Below are positions 22,258 through 35,800 of a DNA stretch of 64,000 nt, one piece after another. The notes beneath the pieces were generated by a model. The model had not been told where the DNA came from. It saw only the letters and a list, made by a program, of their open reading frames with translations, and searched no databases. The position numbers and the translations under genes are program-made. The stretch spans positions 6,266,110 to 6,330,109 of the forward strand of contig CM082584.2 in the NCBI GenBank assembly GCA_040954595.2. The letters are read 5' to 3'. Each line of letters opens with the position of its first letter. Position 1 is the first letter of the stretch. This DNA is from Balanoglossus misakiensis (taxonomy: Eukaryota > Animalia > Hemichordata).

Positions 22258-25200
22258 ATGTATGCTGACTCCTGTTAGAATATTTCACGGTATGCCACCG
22301 TAACGGAGACTTGGCAATCCCATCGTCTGCAAGTGGTTTGTGCGAGAACGCATACTGTCAGTGGTGTTAATGAGATCATAATTTCTGGCTGCGCTTTTAA
22401 AATATCGTAACATTCAGTAACTGGTATACATAGACTGAGTTGAGACATTAATTTAACCTCAATATTCAAAAATTTCCGATCATTATCTTCTTAATTAGTC
22501 TAATTCATGCGTACCGTACTGGGTCGGTGCAATTTGCCCGTAAATTGCGCAATCTATTATCGCACAACTCGGTTATACAAACACACGCGTTGATTACGGA
22601 ACTTTGTATGTTTTACGGCAGACCACGTCACCCATCTTCGCGAACATTTCGACGACAAATCATCACCGCATTAACTAAATCACTCACTCTTCTTTATAAT
22701 CAAAATGTTCCACCGGACGACGTATAGTTCCTGGGGTCGGTCGGTCGGTCGGTCGGGCGGTCGTGCTGGGAGTGACTTTGCTCAACAACCATGGCAACAA
22801 CGCGCGGCGCTCCAAAATTTCATTCGGCCTCGCCTCATGTTGATTCTGTTGCTCAAGTATGTCCTTCGTGTGGTTAGACTTCGGGTCTTTTGACAAGGAA
22901 AATGTACCGCCATAAATGCATGTGGAGGGGTAAGCTTGGATGTGCGCGAGCCGCGAAAGACGATCTGCATCGTATCCTCGTCAAAACTTGACTAAAACTA
23001 ACTACAGCAACATCTCAAGTTGCTTTTGCCGGTGGCTGGTTTGAGAAACACCCTTTACGCTTCTCGGCGCACAACCGCGTCATGTGTTTGACGTCAGACA
23101 CGGTACGGGTCTATACGCCAACAGATTCCACGCGTTGCCTCTCTCCCACGCCACGATTATTACAAAAGCGCACAAACAGTTACAACAACTTTATGCGGTT
23201 GTTGCCGTCAACAAAGCTGTAAAACGGCTTGAACTGTGTTATCATCATCCTCCAAAGTCGATGGTTTTATGGTTCTGTGTTGGCAAACTAGTCCATTTTA
23301 CAGTAATTTTTTGCCAATATTCAGATAGAGCGAGACATAAAGGGGGGCTTTATGACGCGCAGCCGTCTGCAGATCGAGGCCAGTTTTGTGGGCACATAAG
23401 TTCAAAGTGAAAAGAAAAAAAAATCGGTGACAGGGACATGAAATATCACGCGTAGTACTGCAACTTATGTATTGACTGGTGACGCGGCGAAATGTCAGAA
23501 TAAACGAGGAATGGTTTCTGTGCATTCACAGTTCCCGTCAAGCATTGCGCTTTGATTCAACAACAAGCAGTCGCTGCCACGCGATTTGTGGGTGACGTTT
23601 GTGGCGTTTGCAATTCATCTAAACCACGTTTGTCCAGCGTTTTTTTTCAACCTAAAAACATTTTAAGTTTGGTATAAGGGGAAAAGGGCCTTTTTAAAAA
23701 AAAATAAAAAATAAGACCGGAGTTTCATCAAGTGTGACAATGTCCTGCGCGAACGACAAGCTCAGAGACATTGGATGCGTGTACGCAGCAACACCTATTG
23801 ACAAGGTCATTTTCTAACGCAAACACGGTAATTTATCAACACCTTGCCCCTCCTCAGCAAGTCAATTAACTGTCTCGGTGCACCGTTGGTAATGGCAGTA
23901 CTGATGGTACTAAAGTAGCCGAGCTTAAGGGAGGGGAGGGGAGGGGGACTACTCTCCCGGCGGTGCAGCGTTCTTGGTGGGAACACTGACGCGTGACGTT
24001 AGGCCCAAATTCCCAGCACTGTGTCAGCGCAGATTTATAGGTGCGAGGCGATCGCGGTCATGGTGACCGGGCGCCTTTGACGCTGGCGCTGTCAAAACCT
24101 GGTGTAATTACCGGTAATATCGTGTATACTTAACGGGCAGACAAGACAACACAAAAAGATAGTGAGATCTACAGAGTGGGGGGGGGGACTTTCATTTCAG
24201 CGAAAACAGGTTGTGGGTAAAAATCCGCGGCCGCACCAGATACCCTGCACACGACCAGGGCTTTCCGACCAAATGTAGTACAACCTGACCCCAGAAATGT
24301 TCGTTTCTCCCGAAAAACGGCATATTAATTAACACAGATTCAAACCCCTGGCATTTTTTTCGGCTTTTAATTTGCTGTGACCTCCCGATAGGCGTTATGT
24401 TTGTGTTAATACTTAGCGGCTGGCTTACTAACGACGTCCATCGATCCATCCAAACAGCGATTAGTTGAAATGCTACCGATTCTATGGAGACTATCTTTCC
24501 AATAACGGTCCCGGGAAGGCTAATTACAGTTTGCGTGGTCATGTACAAGCCCTTGACTTGTGCCTGGATACACCTGCGGCTTCCGCGACAAGGACATAGT
24601 TTGGACAAACTTCTTGGATTGTTGTTTGTACACACGCCTTGTAGGGATAAAAATCGGTGTTATAAACAGCGCTGGGGCGACAACTCGATGAGTGTACGTA
24701 AATAAGGGCGAAGATATTTGAATCTTTCTTGCGTATGGGGGGTAATGAATTAAGAATCGTTGACTTTGGTGGTGAGCTCGTGTAGGGGACTGGGGAAGGG
24801 CAGAACAGACCGGGACATGTCTCCCCCCCCCCCCCGGAGCTCTCATAGACTTGGTGATTCGCTGTGTGTTGCTTGAAGTTATCTGAATGGTATGTTCTGG
24901 GTCGTATACGAGGAGACCATATTCCTCTGCTCTTTGAGTTACAAACTATGGCGGACAAGAATGTGATAAACATGGATAGCTACAGGATCGTAAAAATCGT
25001 GCCTGCGGTCACATTAAACGGGCACCGCCGCACCCTCCCCCGAACGAATATGGCGTCGTCGCCATTGTGAAGACTCTGAGTTGTTCTTCTGTATAAGAGT
25101 TTGTTTAACTGTTACCAAAGCGAAATACAACTTACAAGCACCGTGGCTCACCGTCTCATTATTGTCATACCAATGGACGACAGAACGGAGTAGTAATCAA

Positions 25201-26608
25201 AGATCAAACACGGTTGCTCTGTCGATCGACCCCTCACTTGTTATTAATGTGTAAACTAGACAGGTTTAATCAGAAAACGTTATCATCGGACAGTAATGTT
25301 TACGCAATAAAATATGTATCTCCGGGGGTTATTTTACTTTTGACCGCAGTTCCTATCCAAAATCAGCCATATTAAAAATAATATCGAATTGTGGGTGCGT
25401 TTTAGCGAGTTGGAAAGTAGAATTACATTTTTCCCGCCTGCGGCATGAACGACCGACAGATAGACCTGAGGCGGGTTTGTCGCCACAAAATGAGAAGCTA
25501 CTGATAGGCCAAAAAATCAATTAGTGCGAACATCATCAACAGTGGACGCCGCTGTTTACCCGAGAGGTGTCTAAGCAAACATTTATTTTTCTCTCTTTTT
25601 TTTGTCTTGGTTTCTTTTCGTCTCGTGGTTAATGCTAGCGAGCGACACGCACACTTTCGACCGTCAGGGCCGGCTCGGGTTCGGGGGGTTGAAGTCAATA
25701 ATTGCAGCTAGGCGGTGAAACAATTTGTCGATGGGACAGATAATTCTTACAACAACAACACACTTTGCGACACTCGGAAAGGAAGGGGTCACCATAAATT
25801 ACTCCCGTGTGATGTGACACGAGCGAGCGGATGACAAGCGGGAGATCGGGGGGAGATTTGACGGATTCTCAGCCTCCCCCCCCCCCCCCCAATCAGACCC
25901 GTTCTTTACACGGCGCTTCTAAAAAAAACGCGCTCATTTCATCAAGTATACTTCGCGCAGACCTCTGCTGTCGCGTTAATAATTACAACGCACCTCCGTG
26001 CGATAAAGCCACAACCAGTTCAGAAGTTTTTTTCAATTAGTCGGTTTGTTCCACCGGTCGATGGCTATCTGATTAATTCCGACGACTGTGGCGACAGAGA
26101 TTGGCCCCAAAGTCGCAAACTACATGTAATTACCTGACACGCTATCAAAAGGTGTGGGATAACACGAAAACATCGATTGCAGATTTTCATCAAAACAAGC
26201 GATCGCCGCGTTCTGTAATCCGCCGCTCAGCCGGGTTTACGAGGAATGCCTGATTAGGACACGGCTTTATTTTTTAGGAGTTATCAGCCATGTATTCCGC
26301 GCGGTTTATCTTCGCCAAACACGACAACTTATCACTTAAAGGCCAATTTGTTACAATGCCACACCAACACGGCGCTGTTATTGGTCTTAGATAAACTCAT
26401 CTAACGAATAGAGTGGCGGCATATGGAGTGGGTTGATGATTTTATTCAGGATTTCAAGTGGTCTACATAACAGTGCCATCACTAACATTTGCATGGCTGA
26501 TAAAACTGGGTATTGTCTTTTCGGTCGGTGCAATGTCTTGCGCACCGAGTTAGTGTTCTGGTGTGTGTGTTTTTTCTGACGACACTGGTTTTCCCGCCTC
26601 CGTGAGAG

Positions 26609-27805
26609 ATGAGTTCCTTGCCGCCGACGTCGACAGACGACCACGGGGAGCAGCTGTGCCGGGACCGTGACCCGGCGGCGGGCGTCGCTTGGTATTCGGA
26701 CAGGGGAAGGGTGGTCCAGCACGGCCCGGCGTACAGACACGACGGCCAGCAGGCAGGGTGGGAGCAGAAGAAGTGCACGGTGTGCGAGCTGCTGGACGAC
26801 GAACGGCGAGCGGCCCAGGCTCTGCAGCGCGCCGCCTTCGCGACAAGCGTGACGACAGCCTTCGACGAAGTCAGGGGCGTGCCCAGGGCGGCGGCGGCGA
26901 CGGCTCCAGAAATGTGCAGCCAGTCGAACCACGCGGAAGAAATCGCGCGCGAGAACAAGAACTCGCCGGGTGAAGTGAAAGAAGGTGAAAGTGGAACGGC
27001 ATCTCCACTCGCGGATAAACGCCAGACCCAGGCTGATGACCTAACAACGAGCCAGGACAATCAACAGAACAGAACTAAACCCGCTCTGTCGTACATCGCG
27101 ATGATCGCCAAGGCTATACTCAATTCGCCGGGCGGTCGCTTGAGCTTAGGTTCCATCTACAAATTCATCACAGACAACTTCCCCTACTACAGACAGTGCG
27201 GTTCGGGGTGGCGCAACAGCGTTCGGCACAACCTCTCGCTCAACGAGTGTTTCATCAAAGCCGGGCGCTGCGAGGACGGCAAGGGCAATTACTGGGCGGT
27301 GCACCCGATCTATCTGCGTGACTTCGCCCGCGGGGATTTCCGCCAGAGGCGACGCTCCCGTCGCCGCGGCAGGAAGAAAGAGCTGGACGTCGGGTACGTG
27401 TACTCGCCCATGGTGATGTACAACCGGTACCCCGCCGCCGCCGCCTTGCCCGTGCAATCGCCGTACGCCGATTACCCGAGGGACTACCCGGTGCACGTGC
27501 CCTACTTCCCGCCGCAGTACGCGCTCTATCCTCCCGAGTACCAAACTCACCCGACGTACAGCGACAAATACCTTGTACAAGCCCCACCACCACCACTACC
27601 CGACAGACCAGGAGCCCACGTACCCGCCGACAAATTCTTGGAGTCTGCGTTCAGGAAGCCGATGTCCATGCCCACGTACGCCACGCATATCGCTTCCAGC
27701 GTGGCCATACCGCAACCGATAAACTCTACCCTGAAGGGATGGCCGCTGAGCCCACCACCTCTGCACGACCAGACTGTTCATCATCACAGACTGCTTAAGC
27801 AGTGA
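26609..27805 (+). CDS. foxQ2: Forkhead box transcription factor, FoxQ2 family (intronless, 398 aa)
   Basis: Forkhead domain KPALSYIAMIAKAILNSPGGRLSLGSIYKFITDNFPYYRQCGSGWRNSVRHNLSLNECFIKAGRCEDGKGNYWAVHP followed by DFARGDFRQRRRSRRR. The LSLNECFIKAGR..GKGNYWAxHP..DFxRGDFRxRR signature is characteristic of FoxQ2. Which FoxQ2 paralog it is remains unresolved. Confidence 0.88.
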   Translation: MSSLPPTSTDDHGEQLCRDRDPAAGVAWYSDRGRVVQHGPAYRHDGQQAGWEQKKCTVCELLDDERRAAQALQRAAFATSVTTAFDEVRGVPRAAAATAPEMCSQSNHAEEIARENKNSPGEVKEGESGTASPLADKRQTQADDLTTSQDNQQNRTKPALSYIAMIAKAILNSPGGRLSLGSIYKFITDNFPYYRQCGSGWRNSVRHNLSLNECFIKAGRCEDGKGNYWAVHPIYLRDFARGDFRQRRRSRRRGRKKELDVGYVYSPMVMYNRYPAAAALPVQSPYADYPRDYPVHVPYFPPQYALYPPEYQTHPTYSDKYLVQAPPPPLPDRPGAHVPADKFLESAFRKPMSMPTYATHIASSVAIPQPINSTLKGWPLSPPPLHDQTVHHHRLLKQ

Positions 27806-30800
27806 ACGTGAGAAAATTTCAACCATTATTATTTTTAAAACTTATTCGAACACTGCAGAATCTTGGAAACCACCTGTTGAGCGCGCGACAGTCATCCCAC
27901 CACTGAGAAACGCATGAACGTATAATAAGTGGTCTCCGTTTTGCGCTCGCTCTCATTGGTGTAAATAAGGTTTTCGGTCTTTGGCCAAGAAGAAAAGTGA
28001 AGCAACGGTTCCAGTCTTTTGATGTATGTGTAAGCATTAGAGCAAAAAGTCAAGACGGAATTATTAAAATCGACTTTGTTTAAGAACCAAAGTTGGCATA
28101 ATTCACATTGCGTTTTAACGATTCGTCTGTATACGTGTTGACCGCGGTAGTGTGTGGTTAGGTCCTAAAATCGGTTGGATTTCATGAGCAGCAAAATCGT
28201 CTGGCGACGTTCTGTTAAAATTTGTTGCTACTGAGTTCACCGCACAACTTCGATTTCTTGCTGTTTTACTAAGACTACTCTCCAGCTTATTATCAGTCGT
28301 CACCTTCAAATCTCAAGACAAGGGCGTATGGCAAGCCCCCTTTTTCGCTAACCATTTGCAGCCATTACGTCCGCTTGAAGTTCCCGGGGTATCACCCACA
28401 CTTTCTGGCGAGCTCCAGGAATTCCTAAATACAGTACTGAATAAAAAACAAGTGCCCACAACATTCTACAGTGCCTCATTCAGAAAGGATTTTGAAATGT
28501 GTGTTTGTCATGAAACTTAGAATACATAACGTACAGAAGTTGAAAACACATGTACAGTGTATATTCGACGTGTTTGGGGTATAATATTTATTACGGAAAT
28601 GAAAAACTGAGGTATCTCCGTTCTTTGAAAGCTACAGTAACTTCTACTTTCTTTGGAATCGTTATTTTTTAGAAATATTTGATTAGGTATATCGACAAAG
28701 GCCAGCCTGTTTGGGAAACAGGCTGGCCGTTGTGTGGTTTGCAAAGACCACATCGACCCGGGCTAGGTTGTGGCTCGCTTCTCCGACTTCCTTGTACACG
28801 CGCGCCGGGTAATTAGAGTCCCTGCTAAACTGTAGGCCTAGACCAGCGACTCTCTCGACACTCTCTACGCGGCATTTTGAGGACTGGATGGCGACGGTAA
28901 CCATCGCTAATGTCGAAGCTGGACAGGGTAGAAACCCCTCGCTGAAATTCAGAATAAGACCCGAAGTGTCATCACGATTTTCCACATTCTCGCCGGTTTC
29001 ATTTTATGTATAAACCTGGGGGAAAATCGCAAAATTCGACAAACCCTTTAAACAATACAAATAATTAGGATGCTAGACTATTGAGGACAATTGCAACGGT
29101 AATACTTTCCCCGGTTGAAAAGTATCAGCCAAATCGTATGGAAATATTAGGCAGCATGCTTGCATATGTGTTAGCCAAAGATACGCGGGTTTGCAGTTGT
29201 ACTGAGCCGGGTTCGGTGCTCCACGCCCGATGAAAGCATGGGCTCCACGGTGTCAACATCGACTCTTGCCGCCCAAGCTTCATCCGCCGGGGATTCGAGT
29301 AGAGATACGTTACACTCTGTTCAACATCGACGACTTTCAAAAGCCATGGTTCGACATGGTACGGACAGTAAACATTCATTTATTTGCTCGTTTTTGGTGC
29401 CACTGTCACTGATCATTGATTACATTTCATTCATCATATAAATGCGGACGAGATACCTGTAAAATAGACTCAGAAAATGACACCAATGAATGATAATGAT
29501 ATCGGATTAGTAACTTCAATTCCACAACGATAATTGGTAATAAAAAAGTTCGCCGATGGATTAAAACTCAGGCAATCTACACACAAGACATTGTATGTAG
29601 AACATTCAGTTATGTCATGTCATACATCTCAATTCTAGCGCCAGGGTCTTTACTTTTCTGTATCGAGTAATCTCCGAGACAGTTCTCAACGCGCGAGAAT
29701 CATGCGAGAGCATGGCATGCAAAGGATTCTGGTTGTATATGTCGACTCTTGGGACTAAAACTTACAGAAAAAAAACACATGGTTGCGGCAATTATTCGTT
29801 GCACTAGACTAGCCCACTAGTCGCTTGGTGAATTTTGGAATCTCAATACTTTGTATGTGTTTGCCTGATTTTTTTTTGTCTTTATAAATAATCTCAATAC
29901 TTTTTGTGTGCATGCTTGCCTTGAGCGTGTTTCTGGTAGTCAGGCGAGTTTCGAATTTGGGACTGAGCTCATGGTTTCGGGTAGCTTCGAACTACGCATT
30001 TCCTAGACACACGCGCTGAACTCGCTGTCTTTTACTCCACACACACTACACACGGAACAACTTTTTTAATATATATATTATGAAATAACGAAGCCCTTAG
30101 ACTTGAAGCAAGTCTATCGTTGCACTTTAGATAGCACCATTATAGTAATAAAGACGTCGACCAGTCGGATTTGTTGGGCTGTCCATCGCGGATACTTGAT
30201 CAATCCTTTTCAAGTTGGAGCGCCAGTTCTTCTCGGCTATATGACGACTTGAAGTCACGCAGTTTCCCGGCGTTGGCTGTGCGGAACTTAAGTTTGGAAC
30301 AAAACATATTTACTCAAACAAACGCGGTGGCTGACGTAGTCAAATTATCTTCTGGTGTGTATTTCCCCCCTAAAAACTAACTGATACACAATGCGAATAA
30401 CTAATGATATCTCGTCGGGTTTCCTGATATTGGTATCATGATGCTCAATGGTGATAGAGCGAATTATCTTGGGCGAGGCGAGTTTCTCTCTGTAAACACT
30501 ACATGAAATCGTCTGCTCTCATTTTAGAGGTGAAAAATATGACAAAAACAAAGAATTAGCCAGAAAGTTTACTAAAAACTGCTGTCGCCATAGACGAAAC
30601 AGGCGACACTCTGAGTTTGGCCCACGGATTATGGTTAAAATCACCTTGACGACCAGTCAAACCATCAATTTCAACATAAATTCAGTTTTATCTGAAAATA
30701 TTAAAACAGAATAAAGTTGGCGGGCTTCTTATTGTCACAGTGGTTGTCGTATGCTCCATTACAGGAAATTGAATCTGGTATAACGTAATACATTTTGTTC

Positions 30801-32682
30801 TCAAATAACCCACCAGGACAAATATCGCCGGGCAAAGTATTTGAGGATTTCTACCACATTAACGAAATATGAATGTTAGGCTGGAAGCGACTCGGACGAC
30901 ATTGTCATCTTTAAAAAAACGATTATTGGCAATTTACTCGGACTGTAGGTAGGTGTGATTTCGAAACAATTGGTTACTTCGCAAGAACAAGAACAAGAAC
31001 AACAACCCACATTTCAAAAGTCAAGTCTCGTACCAGAACTGGTTCTCGACCAAGATAGATATGCGAGTTGATTTAGAAATATAAACTTTTGTCTCGTTTT
31101 CCTGCTTAATTAAACGATGTAGGTCGGTCATCAAGGCGATATTTGCTTCACAGTTTTGTGCTTTCCATCTGGATGGGAAGGCAACTTTTAATAATAAGAT
31201 AATTGGCAGCGGTCCCACGGGAACATAATTATAGTGAATGACGAGACGTCACATTTCCATCATCTAGGGGGTGAGGGTAGTGTGTTCTGTCGCTGTAGGA
31301 AAGCATATTGTACCCCCGCGCTTAAAAAATGAACATTCCCTTAATTACTTTACCTGAAACATTTTGCCATGAAAAACATTAAAATAGTAGTTCTTGATTG
31401 TCTTGATACTTGAAACTAGGTCGCCTGCTTTTGATGTGTAATTAAAATCATTGTGGCCGTTCGGCATCGTTAAGAACGGTGGTGCAACAAAAGTCTGATG
31501 ACGTCACCCCAAACGAGAGGCAGAGAGTCAAGTGGTTTGACCCCGGAGTTCGACATGCACGCATTTATCACGCGACCCCTGACCTCACCCGCTTTTCTAT
31601 ACGTCACAGCCACTGTCGTTGGAGGTACCAGCCTAGTACTTTCTAGTTGTTTTCCCCCCGAGCGAATATCCTGGAATTTCCATTCAAATACATGCTTCCC
31701 GACCATGGCCTACGTGTGTAAATCAAGGTGACGCAAAAACCCGTTGGAAACGCCAGTCACGAATGGCGGTTAGTTTATCTTCGTCCGGGTGCCCGTCTCC
31801 ATAGTGACTCTCGGAACTTTTAAATATGATGGGCATGGCCGTTTTAGTCGGGTCCATGGTTTATGTGGGTACGTGGTTCGACACGCTATTCTTTCATTTA
31901 TATATGTATTTTATTTTTTTAAAGTAAAACGCTTAACTAAGTAACGAACCTTTTACAAATTTCTTCAACCCAGCGTAAAAAGTGACCATAATAAGATGCA
32001 GTTCTTGTGGTCGTTGTAGTTTCTAGGAATGTTTATTTGACAAATCGATGAGTTAAATTTAAAACATTACTAGATAATAAATTAAAATGTTAATCTGAAA
32101 ATATATGAAAACGGGCAAACATGTGACGTCACATGTCAAGCAGTGAATTCGCTGTTAATCCAAATGAGTCGTGGCTACATTTTAGAGTCACAATATGTTC
32201 TAATTTCAGATTTTCGTGATTAGGCCATACCAAGCGAGTGTCTACGTATGTATAGAGAGATGTCGACGTCTGCATTAACCTTACCACCGCGTCACGCAAC
32301 ACTCGAGACACGAACATTAACGAAGGACGGTATTAATTTTAGAAGACACTTCAAGGCACACTCAATGAAATTACTTTATTGAACTGATTGCGGTGTGATG
32401 ATAAATAGCAGATCCCACTCGCTAAATCCAAGAGATGTTGGAATTTTGAAACAGCGGCAAACATACGCGTATACTAGATGAGAAACCGGTATAAGTCAAA
32501 TCGATTGGGGTCGCCATCCGTTAGCGTTAATTTTGTTATTTTTTTGTTTCATGTGATTTTCAACAATATCATACTTATAGCATAATGGAATGCCGATGCG
32601 TATGACGTCACTCCCCGCTGTATATATTTTCTATAATCCATCGCCGTGGAGATTGAATAGCTGTTTTAAACGGTGAGAAGGG

Positions 32683-32872
32683 TAGGGAGGAGAAGATAGG
32701 GGATGGGGACGGAGTGGGTGGAGGGGGTAGAGACGGGAAGAGGGAGGGAGGCGAGCTAGAAGGGAGACAGAGACGGAGACGGACAGGCCGACAGACAGAC
32801 AGAGACACAGACAGACAGAGAGGGGCGAGGAAGAGAGACCGAGAGCGAGACACAGAGAGACAAACAGGAAGA
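32683..32872. repeat. Purine-rich low-complexity tract with (GACA)/(GAGA) units
   Basis: Seen directly. Confidence 0.7.
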
Positions 32873-35800
32873 CCGAAATACGATGAGCAGAGGATTGCGT
32901 TGGAGTTAAGAATATTAGTTAAAATCAAAAGGTCATACCAAATTTGACTTTGTAATGGAGACCCTAAAAAGTTTATTAACCTGTATCGAGCCATTCGTGT
33001 AAACACGTAAACAGAAAGAATTGATAGGAAGGAATAACAATACTATACAGTCAGGTGAGATTTGTACTTGAATTCAAATGAACTGTCTCCGAAAAAAAGC
33101 AAAGAAGGGTTCATTTGAGGAAGGGCAAATCATGCTAACCTCTCTCTCTCTCTCTCTCTGTTTGAGACAAAATTAATCCTGGGATTTAGTCAGGCAAATA
33201 ATCCAATAATACTCCGCCCCACCCCACACTACCACCGATATGACTTGGTCCGCCCCTTCGCAAAACCTCTTTTGGCCAAAGACGCCATCAGCCATACCAC
33301 TTTTAGAGCTTGGTCGTATAGATGGAACATTCGTCTGGTCTGAGAGCGTAACTGTGGGTGCCTGCATCCTTCCCGCGATGTCAACCCCCGCTATTGGCGT
33401 GTATGCCGTAAACTAGATTATTCAGACACGCTCAGTATACGGCATTTGACGCGCGCCTAATACCCCAGTGCGCTCCTTTAATCGTTAAATATATGATACC
33501 TTGACGCCCGTACCCTGTTGTGACGGATCAGCGCTCTCGACGAGGTGCGTTAATATCGTCGGCCTTTGTGTGTCGTTTGCCGCTAATTTATGTACACAGA
33601 GGACACCGGACAACACAGCGTCATCAAATAATGTGCCTCTTCGCTCTAATGCCGGAGAGCTGACGCGAGCTGATTCGCTGATGGCCAGTCCCCGAAGTCT
33701 GGACTTGGCGTTGTGCAAGTCGTGTTTTCCAAACACATCGAGTGTGATCGTTCAGTTGGTTTAATGTGCTTGGTATTCAAGTAGTTTTTTGAAACGTTTG
33801 CTTTTTTATTAATTGCAACCGGCCTTCGGACCATCCAGTGGCGATATATTGACACAATATCTTAGCGCAGCGGATCGTTAATAAGGGCGACAGGTTCACC
33901 AGAACACGGTTAAATGCAAATTCTGCCGCATCTATGGTTATTATCGCTTCGATAATACACAGTCATCTTAATTACCGCGTCGCTGATATCGCGTCAACCG
34001 GCTGCTCGGATACAAATGGGACGCTGGGACGTGCCACGGTTGGCCAAGCGTTTTTGGTGGAGCCCCTTCTGCTCGATGTCACGTTACGTCTGAAGATTAT
34101 AAAACGATTACAGCGGAAAGTTTCCTTTTTATTACGCAAATAAAACGATAGAAACTCCTCTCGCAATCGTCTCTAATTTCCGAGATGGTATCGTACCGGG
34201 AATATTTTGTGAGGAATCCATAACGCGTGATTTTTTTAAAGATGTCATGCTTTTTATTATGTCGTAATGAATAGGAGTGTTCATGATACAAAGGTTGGGA
34301 ATTTTTCAAATGAAAAGATAACAGCTACGGGTTGCTTTTTTTTTACTTCTGTGATCTTTTATTGTATGTTCGGTTATCTGGGGGTACGGTTTGGGCGGGG
34401 CTGCATACCCTGATCGATTCTAAAATGTTTTCAACGGTTGGTTTCGACGGAAGTGTCGTCCATAGCGAATATTTATATCGCACACAGCACAGCTAGATCC
34501 TCTAAAAATACAGGAAAAGCTGTCAGACAATTGAAAATTACGACACAGAGGGAAATCGCAACCTCTTGCCACTTTATGTTCGTGAAGCAAACGTCCAACG
34601 CCCGCCACCGTTCATTGGTCCAGCTGCACGCGACAACATTTGAAAAATGCGAGAAAAAGAAGGTCCATAAGATGACGTCACTGCCGTAAGCTTGGAGCCA
34701 ATCTGTTTATTGCGCATGATCACTACATTCAAGGCAAACCCCTCTATCGGTAGACGTCATGATCTGTGTTTTTTGGTCCAAATCATTTTAATTCGCGTGT
34801 GGTGGAAGTTGCTCTACACAAGTCTCATTTTTGTCACATGGTGGAAGGGAGGTGACCAAAAGAAGGTGTATCCTCCACCCGTGCTGGTCGATTTAGTGTC
34901 GAATCAACCCTGTTCACGTCACGGCCATTCCATCGTCTTCACGGCACCAATGGCACCATTGACACGCCCGTGCACATTTATTGTGTTACGATTGTACTAC
35001 GAATGCATAGAATTTAAATATCAGTGGTGGATGAACAATAAGGGTGTACGTCATTAACATAGCATTAGCTGTAGTAGCCGTACACCTGGGTATTTTGAAT
35101 ATTACGTAAGGGTTTTTGATTTTTGACTCTCGGCAACGGCAGTCAAGTGGCGTGAGCCGAACAGAAAACCTACAAGTTGCACTCGACCATGAGTGAAGGG
35201 GACTGGTATCTTGTAATCCACGTGGGAGCTCGGTGTTGAAGTTCAGCACGTCGGGTATGTCCTGTTGGTTTGAATTCAGCGTTGCTCTCGGACTTAAAAT
35301 GCATGTCTACGCCAGCAACTGTAAGTGAAGTGAACCTGTTAATTTTTTCTGAGAGGACTTCAGGAAAGAACTTATGATATTATTTTTCTTCCTGTGACAA
35401 ATAGATTCGCAGTGAAACGTATAACTTTGGGTGTTCAGTGTATCATTGATGTTGCTGTCTGGATGGTTGTGTTGCGAGTTTTTGGTTCGTAACAATTGTA
35501 ACACGTGACACGATACAACACGACAGCTGAGTAGATACTAGTTTAACTTCCTTCATGGTTGGATTGTCGGTCACCAAAAGGACACAGGGGCCAAACGCAG
35601 TTCCTTTGTTGGGGTGGGTGTGGGGGGATAGTGGTCGGATCTGGACCTCATGTCGCTTCAGTCCCGTGCGTCAGAATACATTGAACAGCGGTGTCTGCAG
35701 AAAACACGGGTTGGGATGCGCTCACAAATTGTGCGAAGGGGAGAAAGAATTTAGAGGGCGCTCTTGAAAAATGTTGTGGTGATAGAGGGGAATGAACATT

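Noticed and set aside
26387-27596. Several long antisense ORFs over FoxQ2 (similar ones lie over SCL, the GPCR and HMGXB4)
   Set aside because: Shadows of GC-rich codon usage on the coding strand.
35241-35262. REST/RE1-like half-site TTCAGCAC
   Set aside because: The second half (GGACAG) is missing.
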